Shown: positions 26,777 to 40,620 of the stretch, piece after piece
Numbering within the stretch: position 1 is the stretch's first letter
Layout: the number at the start of each line of letters is the position of its first letter
NCBI GenBank assembly: GCA_951406725.2
Contig: OX597814.1
Span: 88,784,001-88,848,000, forward strand
From: Octopus vulgaris
Taxonomy: Eukaryota
Reading direction: 5' to 3'
DNA length: 64,000 bases
Translations under genes and position numbers: made by a program
The notes under the pieces: generated by a model
Seen by the model: only the letters and a program-made list of their open reading frames with translations
Databases searched by the model: none
What the model was told of the DNA's origin: nothing

Positions 26777-27528
26777 TAATTGGTATACTGTCAAACAGTT
26801 ATGTCCTAATACTTCTATGATATCCATCATGGCCACGTAAAGCGCTACAAACGTAATCCCCGCAAAAAGACCACATTGTTAGACCATCACTTTATTTACC
26901 TAATAATAGCTTCCCACGAAAACATTTCTCCGTTTTCCTAGAAACTAATTATGTCCTTTGTATGGTAGCTGCTATTAACGTGTAGTTTAATACTTGGGTG
27001 TTTCTATGTATTACGATTTCAATTGTCCATGCCTGTAGAACATCGGTAATGTCACTATATTGTTGTTTTTCACTAAGATTACTAAAGAGTGCACTATACT
27101 TTTCTGAAGTACATTTTTTGCATTATTCAGTGACTGTGTCTAGGTGTTTTTATTTGAGATATAGGTCGGAGGGGAATGCTTTGTTTACGTACTTTTACAT
27201 TTCTATAGATATGTACAGGAGCAAATTCTAATTCAATGGATGATATTAAGTTCCAAATTGCTTTTGTATTTACAAGTATGACACCTTCATGCCACTTCAC
27301 TAAGAGATTTTTCGAGTTGAGCAACTACACATACACACGCGCGCACACACACAGAGGCACATACAATTATTACATACACACACACACATATGTATGTATA
27401 TCCTTATTCAGTTTTATTTTAAGATTTTGCGCCAATAGAGAAAGGGTCGGTTTCTAACTTAGATCCACGGTTCATTCATAGGAATTTCGACATCAACAAC
27501 AGGGTATGTATGTATTTATATATGTATG

Positions 27529-27562
<34 letters not shown>

Positions 27563-28351
27563 TGTATGTATGTAGATTTGTATGTTTTGTTTTATGTATG
27601 TATTTTCATGCATAAAGTTGCATATCTAAACATGCTCATATATATTTGAATTATAAACTTCTGGAAAGTTTTACAGATTTTTATAGTTCCAGTGATGAAT
27701 TGGATCAGTAGTTTTCGAATTAGCGTTCTCCTTGCTGGTTTTGAAAACCTACTTTCTCAAGATTGGTATTTAGGCTGTGTTTTTTTACATATCCCGTATG
27801 TATGTATGTATGTATGTATGTATGTATGTATGTATGTATGTATGTATGTATGTGTGCAAGTGTGCATGAATTTATAATAATTATAAATCCTATGTCACTG
27901 AGTAGAGAAAAAACATTTCTCCTATTCTTTTAGTCTGGAAGAATAAAATTATTTCGAAAACTGCTTTATGCTTCTGTATGAAAATAGAACAACTATCATT
28001 CTACAACACCCAACATTCATGAATTGTGTACAATAAAAGTTTTCAAAAGCTGAACAAATAGCTATAACTGATTTCGTCATTTAAGAATATTTACACCGAA
28101 TATATAGTTTCATACATATCTACTTGGCTATTTACAACTATACTGAATGTATTTTCTTCACAATCTACCAATATTATCTATCACTCCCATGATATGCAGA
28201 TTTGCAATTCTCTGTTTTTAACACATACACATATATGCGTACACACACATGTGTGTGAATGTATGTACATATATGGATATATGCATGTATGTATGTATAC
28301 GCGCGCGCACACATACACATACATACATACATACATACATACATACATACA

Positions 28352-28385
<34 letters not shown>

Positions 28386-28776
28386 CTTACATACATACAT
28401 ATATATACAGGGTACAGCAGAAATAACGCCCTTTTTGCATTTAATAACTTTTATAGTGTATAATGTTTATAAAGTAATTTTTTATTGACCACAAATTTAT
28501 TGCATTACTTAAAGAAACGAATAATAAACTAATGAAAAATCGCAGAAGTTTTAGGGAATAAAAAAGAAACTCAAATACAAATACAATAATTATAAATCTG
28601 TAGGATTTATAATTATTATAAATACATACATACATTCATACATACATACATACATACATACATACATACATACATACATACACACATACACACACACACA
28701 CACATACATACACACATACATACATACATACATACATGCATACATACATACATACATACATACATACATACATACA

Positions 28777-28804
<28 letters not shown>

Positions 28805-28808
<4 letters not shown>

Positions 28809-29093
28809 AATGAGTAACAAAGATGTACATGTGTCTATTAATTATGGCGGTTTGGAACGACTCTTTTAATATTTTAGTATCTAGATTGATTCAAATATTT
28901 ACATTGATCGAGTTCCGTTGGAGATACGAATATGTTAAAGCAGTTGGTTTGTCCTTTGTGTTTGAAATTTATGCAGCTATCAGACGAAAATGGTTTCTTT
29001 GCAATGATGTAGTGTTTCATTAACCAGTTAAAGGAGTCGCTTGAAACGGCCGTAAGTAATTGACACATGTACATATTTGCTACTCATTTATAT
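28805..29093. mobile_element. MITE with ~65-bp imperfect TIRs
   Basis: AAATGAGTAACAAAGATGTACATGTGTC... / ...GACACATGTACATATTTGCTACTCATTT. Confidence 0.7.
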
Positions 29094-29819
29094 TTTATTC
29101 ACCTACACTGGAATCTGCTCTTCAGAAGTATTATAGAAAGTATTTTTGCATTTTTTCTCTGAACAACCAAGAGCTGATCTCTTCACTAAATTTGGTCGTG
29201 TTTTCTGCATACACTTCTAGAATATCAAGCGCAAACACTTCTGCACAGCGTTTGATATTCACCTGCTATTATTTGGGGCCCAGCCTTTCGAGTCCTTTTA
29301 CATGGCTTAGTAAAACTGAAGGACCGCCACTGCAACAAGTATGTAAATCTGAGAAAGGAATATGTTGAATAAATTCATAATTAAGTAATCCACCTGTATT
29401 TTCTTTTACCCAGAGCAAAGGACTTTTCAGTCCCCACCCCCGTATATACGCTCATGCACACGCCTACACACACATCAGCTCACACATACACATAAACACA
29501 AGTGCGCGCGTATCAAGATATATCTTTACTGTGCTCCAGCATGACCGCAGTCGAATGACCGCAGTCGAATGACTGAAACAAGTAAAAGAATAAAAGGAGA
29601 CCATTATAGTAGTGGTAGAAAAAAGTAGAGAATTACATTAAGGGTACTCTTATCTGTAGAGATACTCAGCCACTCTCGCGCAAATAATTCAGTCAATAGA
29701 ATAATTAAATGTTAATTGTCAAACGACGGAGATCTACGTTTAAGAGGAAGGCTATTCTTTGGAATGTAGTTATGGTTATTTAGATGCAGAGAGAGAGGGG
29801 GGAAGGAGGCGGGAGGGAG

Positions 29820-30131
29820 ACATTTGTAATTGTTTGTTCCTTCTCGAGCCATGCTTGGCTTATAAGGGCCGGTTTCCCGTTTCCCTTGGCGTATAGGTTC
29901 CCCACCTGGACGGGACCCCGGTCCGTCGCAGGTGAGCTGCAAGATGCAGGAGGAAAGAGTGAGAGAAAGTTGTGGCGAAAGAGTCAGCAGAAGTTCGCCA
30001 TTACCTTCTGCCAAAGCCGCGTGGAGCTTAGGTGTTTCGCTCATAAACACACACATCGCCCGGTCTGAGATTCGAACCCGCCATCCCTCGACCGCGAGTC
30101 CGCTTCTCTAACCACTACGCCATATGCCTCC
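29820..30131 (-). mobile_element. S3 SINE with an alternative (RTE-like) tail
   Basis: The head is homologous to 24841. The 3' part differs and ends near ...GCATGGCTCGAGAAGGAACAAAC. Confidence 0.65.
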
Positions 30132-30845
30132 ACAGATATTTGTAATTGTGAGGACATGACTTTGTTCTGGCTTTGAGAGTTTCAGTTGCATGCAATCCAT
30201 GGCAAATGATGCAACGGAGGAGGATACGTGTGTTTCTTACAAACGTGCAGTAATTGTTACATAGTGGCGATGAAAGCAGAATGATTTTGAAGGTTCTGAT
30301 CCAAAGGTTATTGGCTGACATAAGTGTCAGTGATGTGAAATTATAAAAGAGGCTTGAAAATTTCTCACTGACAGAAACACAAATAATGTCTATATATATT
30401 TTAAATGTAGATTCTTTTTCTTAAAAAACACATGAAGCTTCACGTAAGCATCCTCAAAGGAAAACAACTTCAGTGCAAATATTTTGAGCCATAATTTACA
30501 AACTGAATCTTTTCATTATAATCTTTACAAAACACATTTCTTCTGTAAACCAGTTTGCATGTAACCTAGTTTTTGTTATTCATGAATTATGAAGCCTACT
30601 ATGCGCGCGCACCCACCCGCCCACCCACACACACACACACACACAAATGCGCGCGCGTACTAACACACGTAAACGTTTGTATCTGTATGTGTATATAAGT
30701 CTGTGTGTTATGTATATATACATACATGCATATATATTTGTACACACACTCACACACACACATAAATATATGAATCTATATATAGATAGTAAGGCAGACA
30801 GACAGACAGACACACACACACAGATATTTAGATAGATAGATAGAC

Positions 30846-30929
<84 letters not shown>

Positions 30930-31424
30930 GCAACTACAGATATGCGACTGTTTATATGTATATATAACATACTTATGCATAAATACATATCGTTGCTATT
31001 ATGTTAAACTATCGTATCTCCAGCTGCTTCAGACGCCAAGATATCTCGAATTGTCAAAGTGTCGTACAACGGTTTTGCTATGGTATGGGGGAACTATTTT
31101 TTCGTTTTCTGAAATAGCAACGTTTTGGACTTAAGACACATTTGCATAATAGCAACGATGTACATATATAAATATTATACATGGATAATACATATGTATA
31201 ATACATATATAGAAGCGGGCATTGCTGTGTGGTAAGATGCTTGGGCAAGAGTCCTCTGCTATAGTAGCACATCATGTAGGATCATCAACGAATTATGTAG
31301 GATCCTGGCTAGCATAGTATTCTAATAATTGAAAGGAGATCTGTGAAACGGAGGTACTTCGCAACTCCAAGGAAAGATCAAGTAGGCATAATATTAGCCC
31401 CCGCAGAAGTGAATGATAATACTA

Positions 31425-31633
31425 ATTTCAAATTTTGGCACAATGCCAGCAATCTCGGAGGAGAGCTAAGTCGGTTACACCAACCTCAGTATTCAACTGG
31501 TACTTATTTTATCAACCCGAAAGGATGAAAGGCAAAGTCAGCCTCGGCAGAATTTGAACTCAGAACGTAAAGACGGTGGAAAGGTCGCTAAGCATTTCGC
31601 CAGGCGTGCTAACAGTTCCGCCAGCTCGCCGCC
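31425..31633 (-). mobile_element. S1 SINE
   Basis: CCCGAAAGGATGAAAGGCAAAGTC...GCCAGCTCGCCGCC. Confidence 0.8.
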
Positions 31634-31827
31634 CTAGAGTGATTAATAATAATAATAATATTAATAATAATTAAATGAGGAAAGCAACATCACGGTCGTA
31701 AAAAAAATCGTTCTTTTACGGGAAGATATTGTAATGTTCATTTTACTTATCATGTCTTCACTCAAATTTTATTTGCTCCCTACACTCAACACGCAATAAT
31801 ATGAAAATGTAAGGGTATATCTTTTTC

Positions 31828-31912
31828 CACCTCCGATAAGATTTAACTTTAAAATGTTTTTAATTATACTAATTAATTTCTAGAGTCTTGAATCGAAACA
31901 GCTGTCGGAGAT
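31828..31912 (+). ncRNA. Degenerate hammerhead ribozyme motif
   Basis: CTCC / damaged core (GATAA) / GATT...AATC stem II / GAAA (31895-31898) / palindromic ACAGCTGT / GUC / GGAG. Confidence 0.45.
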
Positions 31913-32615
31913 GATGTCCAATTTTGTAATTAATAAATAATTATTAATTTGATTATCTCTATTTTATTATTTTTAAAAACAAACATATAAACCCCGATTT
32001 ATCCAATTACCTTACAGTTGAATATTAAATGTAATATTCAATACTTTTTGTAATAGGTAATAAGCCAGTATATTCATTGGATTTTATTATCCCTTGTACG
32101 TAGTTCTCGAGGAGGTTCAGCTTCACACGCAATGTGACAAGGCTGACCCTTTAAAATACAAATACAAGAGAAACAGGAAGAAAGAGTGGGAAAAAGTTCT
32201 GGCGAAAGAGTACAGCAGGGTTCGCCAGTACACTCTGTTGGAGCCTCGTAGAGCTTTAGGTGTTTTCGCTGAATAAATACTCACAACGCCCAATCAGGGA
32301 ATCGAAACCGCGATCCTACGACCGCGAGTCTGCTGCTCTTACCACTAGGCCATCGCACCTCCACTCACGCGCGCGCGCACATACACACACACATATACAT
32401 ATATATATAAAATGGAACAAAAACGCGATAAGAAAGCTAGCGAATGTGTACGGCAACAAAGAAAAAAAAAAGGAGAACATGGTACACAATTACAAATACA
32501 AACAACAAGAATATAACAACAGGTGTCTTTCGACTGAGAATGAATGAAATTGAGCTGGCGTATATGAAGTGAAAGCCTAAACGCAGGAACATAGGAGATG
32601 GACATAAGAGGTGTT

Positions 32616-32682
<67 letters not shown>

Positions 32683-32686
32683 TATG

Positions 32687-32744
<58 letters not shown>

Positions 32745-32746
<2 letters not shown>

Positions 32747-33168
32747 GGGAATATTATTCCGAACTTACAGGCATAAATTCAATTTAGTAATACTAAATCA
32801 AATTTCACAATATATAATATATGCATATAAATTAGAGAAGAACCACATGTAGCAATTCAACATTGAAATAACAATGATATAATTAAATCATACCATATAT
32901 AAAAAAACTAAATATACGATAAAACATATAACATATACCAATAATTTAGTAAAGTACAAAATAATAAATAAATAGTAAATAAATAGTATACAATATCCTA
33001 TTATATACTGTTTATATACTATTATAGACTATTTATTAATTATTTTGTAATTTACTTAATTATTGGTATATGTTTTATCGTATATTTAATTTTTTTCTAT
33101 ATGGTATGATTTAATTATATCATTGTTATTTCATTGTTGAATTGCTACATGGTGGTTCTTCTATAATT

Positions 33169-33172
<4 letters not shown>
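32745..33172 (-). mobile_element. Fold-back + tail element (family T1)
   Basis: The T1 tail is in reverse orientation at 32745-32810. ~160-bp inverted arms at ~32827-32990 / ~33010-33172. Lies between (AAT)n and (CA)n. Confidence 0.7.
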
Positions 33173-33234
<62 letters not shown>

Positions 33235-33260
33235 AATACATACATACATACACACACATA

Positions 33261-33299
<39 letters not shown>

Positions 33300-33454
33300 T
33301 TAGGGAGTATATCCAAACTTACAGGGAAAAATTAGATTTAGGATTAAATCAAATTTCACTGTATAAATATAAATTAAATTAGAGATAAAACCACTATTAG
33401 GCAACTCAAACAGTGATAGACATAAAGCAATATATATATATATATATATATATA

Positions 33455-33524
<70 letters not shown>

Positions 33525-33680
33525 ATGTAGGTATGTGGTTGTCATTGCGTCAATATGTGAAAGCTATTCTTTAGAGAATCATCTATCATAAAAGAAACAC
33601 GACTAAATTCAGTCATGACTCAGACATATTCGGCTCTTTAATATAATATATTAATTTGTGTGGGAGTGAGCATGAGAAAC

Positions 33681-33712
<32 letters not shown>

Positions 33713-34073
33713 TGTATGTATGTATGTATGCATGTATGCATGCATGTATGTATGCATGCATGTATGCATGCATGTGTGTATATGCATGTGTGTATGCATA
33801 CGTATATATATATATATATATATATGCATACGTGTGTGTATGTGCGTGTGTATATGTGTGTACGTATGTATGTATTGTCTTTCAAGATAATTTATCAGCG
33901 AATTCATCTACAAGCCTACAGTCACCATGGTGTATGAATATCATATATTTATAATACAATATATATATTGTATATATATGTATTAAATGATATATGCATA
34001 CGTAGATAAACATATATAGTTTATACAGACATCTTTGCATATACATTGGTTGTATATATATTATATATTTATA

Positions 34074-34242
34074 GGCGAAGGAGTGGCTGTGTGGTAGGTA
34101 GCTTGCTTACCAACCACATGGTTCCGGGTTCAGTCCCACTGCGTGGCACCTTGGGCAAGTGTCTTCTACTATAGCCTCGGGCTGACCAAAGCCTTGTGAG
34201 TGGATTTGGCAGACGGCAACCGAAAGAAGCCTGTCGTTTATA

Positions 34243-34314
<72 letters not shown>

Positions 34315-34500
34315 TGTGTCTGTGTCTGTCCCCCAACATCGGTTGACAACGTCTCCGTAACTTAGTGGTTCGGCAAAAGAAACCGATAGAATAAGTACTA
34401 GGCTTCCAAAGAATAAGTCCTGGGTTCGATTTGCTCGACTAAAGGCGGTGCTCCAGCATGGCCGCAGTCAAATGACTGAAACAAGTAAAAGAGTAAAGAG
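34074..34500 (+). mobile_element. S2 SINE with internal (TG)n
   Basis: CCTTGGGCAAGT core and tail GCTCCAGCATGGCCGCAGTCAAATGACTGAAAC. Confidence 0.85.
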
Positions 34501-34856
34501 AAAGTAGAGTATACATACATACATACATACATACATACATACATACATACATACACACATACATACATACATACATACACACATACATACATACATACAT
34601 ACATACGTACATACATACAAACATACATACATACATACATACATACATACATACATACATACATACGTACACACACACACACACATTTGTATATTCGCTA
34701 ATTTAAGCGTGAAAGAGACAGGTTTCTTCTGGAGGCTCGTGAAAGAAGTCGCATAGCGCCGAATCAAACAGCTTTAGATAATACACGTAACTCCTACTAA
34801 ATATCTTGAGTACTTTTTTTGTTTCGTTTGTCTACTCATTCGTATATATATATATA

Positions 34857-35311
34857 CTAGCAGTATCGCCCGGCGTTGCTCGGGTTTGTAAGAGCCCCTA
34901 GTAGGCAACGACTAATACCAATCTAGTTCTTTCCCTCTAGGGAACGAAGGCGCATGTGTAGGTTGCAATGTCTTCTCTTCACTCGAATACTTCTGTGTAT
35001 ACGATGTTCCTAGCTGTCCCTTTGGGCGAAAACATGAAAACATCATTGCACCTCCCAACGCGTGAACAGCCCATGTACAGCCCAAAAAATGTGTTGCATA
35101 TAAAAAGCTTAGATTCTCGACCCCATGTCGAATTTATCGATTTTTTCAGAACTGGGGGAACTTTTCAAAATTTTCGCTGCTTTAGTTTTGAATTATGACA
35201 TTGGGCTATGTGTGTGTCAAGTTTCATCAGAATCGGTTGAAAGCCGTGGTCAGGGTGAGGGTACAACCTGACAGACACACAGACAGACAAACTGCCGTTT
35301 ATATAGAGAGA
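34857..35311 (-). mobile_element. Non-autonomous Helitron
   Basis: On the minus strand: 5' A|TC, 3' hairpin CCCGAGCAACGCCGGG then CTAG|T. Inserted in (TA)n with no TSD. Confidence 0.75.
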
Positions 35312-35330
35312 TATATATATATATATATAT

Positions 35331-35720
35331 GAGTGGCTGTGTGGTAAGTAGCTTGCTAACCAAATACATGGTTCCGGGTTCAGTCCCACTGCGTGGCATC
35401 TTGGGCAAGTGTCTTCTGCTATAGCCCCGGGCCGACCAATGCCTTGTGAGTGGATTTGGTAGACGGAAACTGAAAGAAGCCTGTCGTATATATGTATATA
35501 TATATGTATGTATGTGTGTCTGTGTTTGTCCCCCTAGCATTGCTTGACAACCGATGCTGGTGTGTTTACGTCCCCGTCACTTAGCGGTTCGGCAAACGAG
35601 ACCGATAGAATAAGTACTGGGCTTACAAAGAATAAGTCCCGGGGTCGATTTGCTCGACTAAAGGCGGTGCTCCAGCATGGCCGCAGTCAAATGACTGAAA
35701 CAAGTAAAAAAAAAAGAAAA
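35331..35720 (+). mobile_element. S2 SINE
   Basis: Near full-length copy, closely similar to 44612-45023. Confidence 0.85.
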
Positions 35721-35737
35721 AAATATATATATAGACA

Positions 35738-35961
35738 CAATAATCCCTTGACTATGACGGGTGTTACGTTCCAAAACCCTCCGCGATAGGTGAAAATCCG
35801 CGATGTAGAAACAGTACTGGACTCTATATTTTTTCTGTCATTTTTATAATTTGTGTATATTTGTTATATTATAAATGCAAAACAACACCACAGAGGAATC
35901 GACATAAGCTTAAATAATAAACCGCGATAGGTGAACCCCGCAATATGGCGAGGTTTTACTG
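35738..35961. mobile_element. Tigger/pogo-like MITE
   Basis: Termini CAATAATCCCTTGACTAT / ATATGGCGAGGTTTTACTG|TA. Internal CCGCGATAGGTGAA occurs twice. Confidence 0.6.
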
Positions 35962-35980
35962 TATGTGTATATATACATAC

Positions 35981-36027
<47 letters not shown>

Positions 36028-36028
36028 A

Positions 36029-36300
36029 TATTATATTAAATTAGAGACAAAACCACTATTAGGCAAATCAAACAATGAAAAACTTAAGCCAATACATATG
36101 ATTAATTTATATTATTTAAATATATAACAAAATTTAATATAAATTAATCATATGTATTGGCTTAAGTTTTTCATTGTTTGATTTGCCTAATAGTGGTTTT
36201 GTCTCTAATTTAATATAATATAATATTTTACTATAAAATTGGATTCAATCCTAAATCTGATTTTTCCCTGTAAGTTTGGATTTATTCCCTAATATTTATT
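36029..36300 (+). mobile_element. Fold-back + tail element (family T1)
   Basis: Essentially perfect ~85-bp arms around a ~20-nt spacer, then the T1 tail. Inserted in (TA)n. Confidence 0.75.
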
Positions 36301-37194
36301 ATTATATATATATATTATATAAGATCCAAGGATAGAGGCGTAGGAAGAAAGTTAGCTTCAAGTAATCTGTAGTAAATATAAAAAGCAAATTTCAGTGACG
36401 ATATTGAGATGGAAGGGTCTAGATATTTTCGTATTGAAGTACGATAAACTGAAAAAAGTTCTTTATATTTCACAGCAGGCGACCAGGTTTGCCGGGTATG
36501 CGAATAAGAATACAAAAGTTAAGGAATGGAGTCGATAACATCCGGGCTACATAAGTTTCATATCGAGAGGAACTTCGGAAGTGGTAAATATCCAAGCGAG
36601 GTGTATACTGCAGATTACTCCTCAGGCCAAGAATATCTTGATTAAATGGAAGTTTACATTCGCAAGGAGGTACATGTTAACATACACACACGCGCGCGCG
36701 CGCGCAATCAATCATTATGAATACGTACGGCGATCCTTCGATATTAGTTTACAGAGTGTTAGTATGAAGAGACGACGTCATTCACCTCGTTTCACCAAAA
36801 CCTCTTTATTTGTCATGAGGGATGGCAGCATGGCTGAATGACGTCATGTACCAATACCGAAAGACTTTATTACATAAAGTGTTATAATAGATTTATATAG
36901 GTGCAGGCATGGCTGTATGGTAAGAAGCTTGCTTCCTATACACGTGGTTCCGGGTTCAGTTCCACTATGTGGTACTTTGAGCAAGTGTCTTCTACTGTGT
37001 TTGACCCACACCACCTCTTGACAACCGGTGTTGGTTATTTACGTTCCTGTAACTGAGCAGTTCGGCATAAGAAACCAATAAGTACCGAGCATTAGAACAA
37101 ATTAAAAATAAGAAGAATTGGGGTCGATTTCTTCGACTAAAACTTTAAGGCGGTGCCTTAGTATGGCTGCATTCTAATGACTGAAACACTCACT

Positions 37195-37230
<36 letters not shown>

Positions 37231-37232
37231 AA

Positions 37233-38178
37233 CTAGCAGTATAGCCCGGCATTGCTCGGGTTTGTTTTTTTAATTTCTATGAATAAAAGTATAGTGTGGC
37301 GATGCTCGAGTTTGCTCTGAATGTGCTGCAAATGTGTAATGCCGACTTCAATTGTTGCTATTGTTGGTTAATATTCCTTCTATTAACATTACGGAAGAAA
37401 AAAATTACCCGTAGATTTAAAGCAAAATGAAGCTCAAGTTTCGAACTGCACTGAAAATCTATTAAGAAGTTGACACTGCAACAGTATTCATTAAGAAAAA
37501 GTACAGGAAAATCCAAAACGTTAGTCAGAACAGTTTGTGGTTACAAAAAAAAACAAAAATGCCTATTAGGCATTGTCGTGTGAAGCACGTTTAGGCAAAG
37601 TGATGTGGCAAAAGTATATCTTAAATGCGAAGAAATTTCAACAAGTAAAACATGAAAAGAGGTGATTTTAATTCTAACTACGTCAACATGCACCACATTT
37701 TTTAAATTTTACATGTCTCCGTTAGTTAACACCAAAAAATTCATTTAATAATTATTGAACAATTATTAAAAAAGAATGTCTCAGTTCGAAATTCATAAAA
37801 GAAGGTAAACAGTTCCTGTATAGTACCAAAGATAGATTTTTAGATTTTTAGTTAAGTTGGGATTTTAAAAAAATTTAGGTAAAAAACTTACAAAGTGTAA
37901 CGCTCACAGCAGCTATAATGTTATACAGCATACAAAGGTAGTGCAGTCCAAATGACTTAGCAAAATGTTCTGTCTTACGCTCTGATGCAATTAGTTTTTC
38001 TCACAAAAAATCGATTGAAATTGCTGAATTGTACTCAACGCTGTAGCAGTTGACGACCTTGAAAATTAGTGCATTCAAGCAGCGAACATTACTCCTCTGC
38101 ATTGGATCAGCTGATTCATCGTTCGCTCAAAACCAATGACATCACAAAAAAAATTCTTTTCGACCCTTTTTATATATA
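37233..38178 (-). mobile_element. Non-autonomous Helitron
   Basis: Same 3' hairpin + CTAG terminus as 34857. The 5' end is approximate. Confidence 0.6.
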
Positions 38179-38182
38179 TGTT

Positions 38183-38403
38183 ACGGAGATGTACTTGCAT
38201 AGCAAGTGACCTGATCTTAGATCGTGTGCTGGAACGAAAACAATTGCAGCGTGAAAAGTGTTTATAAGCTATTTAAGAAACACACGAAAACCGTTAGATT
38301 CACTTCAACATTTAAATTTAATTTGCCAAAATATTTTCGTCACTTTGAGACCGCGAAATGTTCACTGATGCAGTACGGAATTTTGTCTAATGACTGAAAC
38401 ATG

Positions 38404-38462
<59 letters not shown>

Positions 38463-38660
38463 GCAGTATGGCCCGGCGTTGCTCGGGTTTGTTTTTTAAT
38501 TCCTATGAATAAAAGTATAGTGTGGCGATGCTCGAGTTTGCTCTGAATGTGCTGCAAATGCGTAATGCCGACTTCAATAAGTCAAAGCGACGAAAATATT
38601 TTGGCAAATTAAATTTAAATGTTGAAGTGAATCTAACGGTTTTTGTGTTAGATTCACTTC
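38183..38660. mobile_element. Long-TIR MITE with its centre replaced by filler DNA
   Basis: 38282-38348 is an inverted repeat of 38582-38647. The centre 38386-38578 copies 37173-37352. Confidence 0.7.
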
Positions 38661-38892
38661 TTATTTCTTTATTGCCCACAAGGGGCTAAACATAGAGGGG
38701 ACAAACAAGGACAGACAAAGGGATTGAGTCAATTACATCAGCCCCAGTGCGTAACTGGTACTTAATTTATCGACCCCGAAAGGATGAAAGGCAAAGTCGA
38801 CCTCGGCGGAATTTGAACTCAGAACGTAACGGCAGACGAAATACGGCTACGCATTTCGCCCGGTGTGCTAACGTTTCTGCCAGCTTGCCGCC
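38661..38892 (-). mobile_element. S1 SINE, young full-length copy
   Basis: Intact core and tail. Confidence 0.85.
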
Positions 38893-39099
38893 TTAGTGTC
38901 GTATAATAATGTCAGATGAAAGATCAATTTCTAAACGTCTCTAGGGTTATAAGAAACAGCTACATTCTTGGGTCTGAGAATGTTTGCTTTGAACTCCACT
39001 TTGGAACTCTACATTGAATTATCCTCCAGGTCATGTTAGATAGCTTTTTATTATATTTTTGCCATATTTTTTATAACATCTGTATACACACACACACAC

Positions 39100-39130
<31 letters not shown>

Positions 39131-39131
39131 C

Positions 39132-39197
<66 letters not shown>

Positions 39198-39207
<10 letters not shown>

Positions 39208-39489
39208 TTCGAGACAAAACCACTATTTTGCAAACTTCATAAATTAAAACAGATTAGGAGATCGAAAATCCACCTGACGAATGTCATTGAAGACATGAAA
39301 CGATTGTAGTGGCGGTTTATTTCTTTATATTAAACATTTTATTTATTGATTAAGTCTTTCCTTGTTTGTTTTGCAAAATAGTGGTTTTGTCTCGAATTAA
39401 TATTATATAATATTTTACTATAAAATTGGATTTAATCCTAAATCTGATTTTTCCCTGTAAATTTGGATTTGATCCCTAATATTTATTAT
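39198..39489 (+). mobile_element. Fold-back + tail element (family T1) carrying a hammerhead ribozyme
   Basis: Arms 39198-39234 / 39370-39409, T1 tail, hammerhead in the spacer. Inserted in (TA)n. Confidence 0.75.
39270..39312 (+). ncRNA. Minimal type I hammerhead ribozyme
   Basis: Stem I CCAC/GTGG; CTGACGA (39274-39280); stem II ATGTC/GACAT; GAAA (39297-39300); minimal stem III AC-GATT-GT. Predicted cleavage after GUA (39308). Confidence 0.82.
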
Positions 39490-39501
39490 TATTATATATA
39501 T

Positions 39502-39562
<61 letters not shown>

Positions 39563-39849
39563 TGTATACAAAGAGAGAGAAAGAGAGAGATAGCAATAAT
39601 AAGAATAATTCTTTGATAGAATTTATAAATATTCTAATGCATCGCTGCGCGCGTTTCCCTGAAAAGATGAAGCCATGAAGATGATCTGTCCGATGCGCTC
39701 GGATATTACGGACTGCACTGTAGTCGTCCCAGAAACACGGACTGTGATCTTAAGAGACATGTGACTTTTGGAAACGTGCGTAACGATACATTAAAATATA
39801 TATAGATTCCATCCAAGGATTATTGTTATTAATGCTATATTTATCCTAA

Positions 39850-40620
39850 GGCGGCGAGGTGGCAGAAACGTTAGCACGCCGGGCGAAATGCGTAGCCGTA
39901 TTTCGTCTGCCGTTACGTTCAGAGTTCAAATTCCGACGAGGTCGACTTTGCCTTTCATCCTTTCGGGTTCGATTAAATAAGTACCAGTTACGTACTGGGG
40001 TCGATGTAATCGACTTAATCTCTTTGTCTGTCCTTGTTTGTCCTCTCTGTGTTTAGCCCCTAGTGAGTAGTAAAGAAATAGGTATTTCGTCTGCCGTTAC
40101 GTTCTGAGTTCAAATTCCGCCGTGGTCGACTTTGCCTTTCATCCTTTCGGGATCGATTAAATAAGTACCAGTTACACACTGGGATCGATATAATCGACTT
40201 AATACGTTTGTCTGTCCTTGTTTGTCCCCACTGTGTGTAGCCCCTTGTGGGTAGTAAAGAAATAGGTATTTCGTCTGTTGTTACGTTCTGAGTTCAAATT
40301 CCGCCGTGGTCGACTTTGCCTTTCATCCTTTCGGGATCGATTAAATAAGTACCAGTTACGCACTGGGGTCGATATAATCGACTTAATACGTTTGTCTGTC
40401 CTTGTTTGTCCCCACTGTGTGTATCCCTTTGTGGGTAGTAAAGAAATAGGTATTTCGTCTGTCGTTACGTTCTGAGTTCAAATTCCGCCAAGGTTGACTT
40501 TGCCTTTCATCCTTTCGGAGTCGATAAATTAAGTACCAGCGAAACACTGGGGTCGATGTAATCGACTATCCCCCTCCCCCCAAATCTCAGGACTTGTGCC
40601 TATAATAGAAAGGATTATTA
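39850..40620 (+). mobile_element. Tandem tetramer of S1 SINE units
   Basis: Units 39850-40080, 40081-40264, 40265-40448 and 40449-40620, flanked by the 13-bp direct repeat TATATTTATCCTA (39836-39848 / 40622-40634). Confidence 0.85.

Noticed and set aside
36310-36870. Candidate ABCA promoter or non-coding first exon in relatively CpG-rich unique DNA (also 40870-41250 and 44270-44590)
   Set aside because: No diagnostic promoter or splice-donor evidence from sequence alone.
39850-40620. CRISPR-like repeat array
   Set aside because: The units are ~184-bp SINE copies with no unique spacers, the context is eukaryotic, and there are no cas genes.
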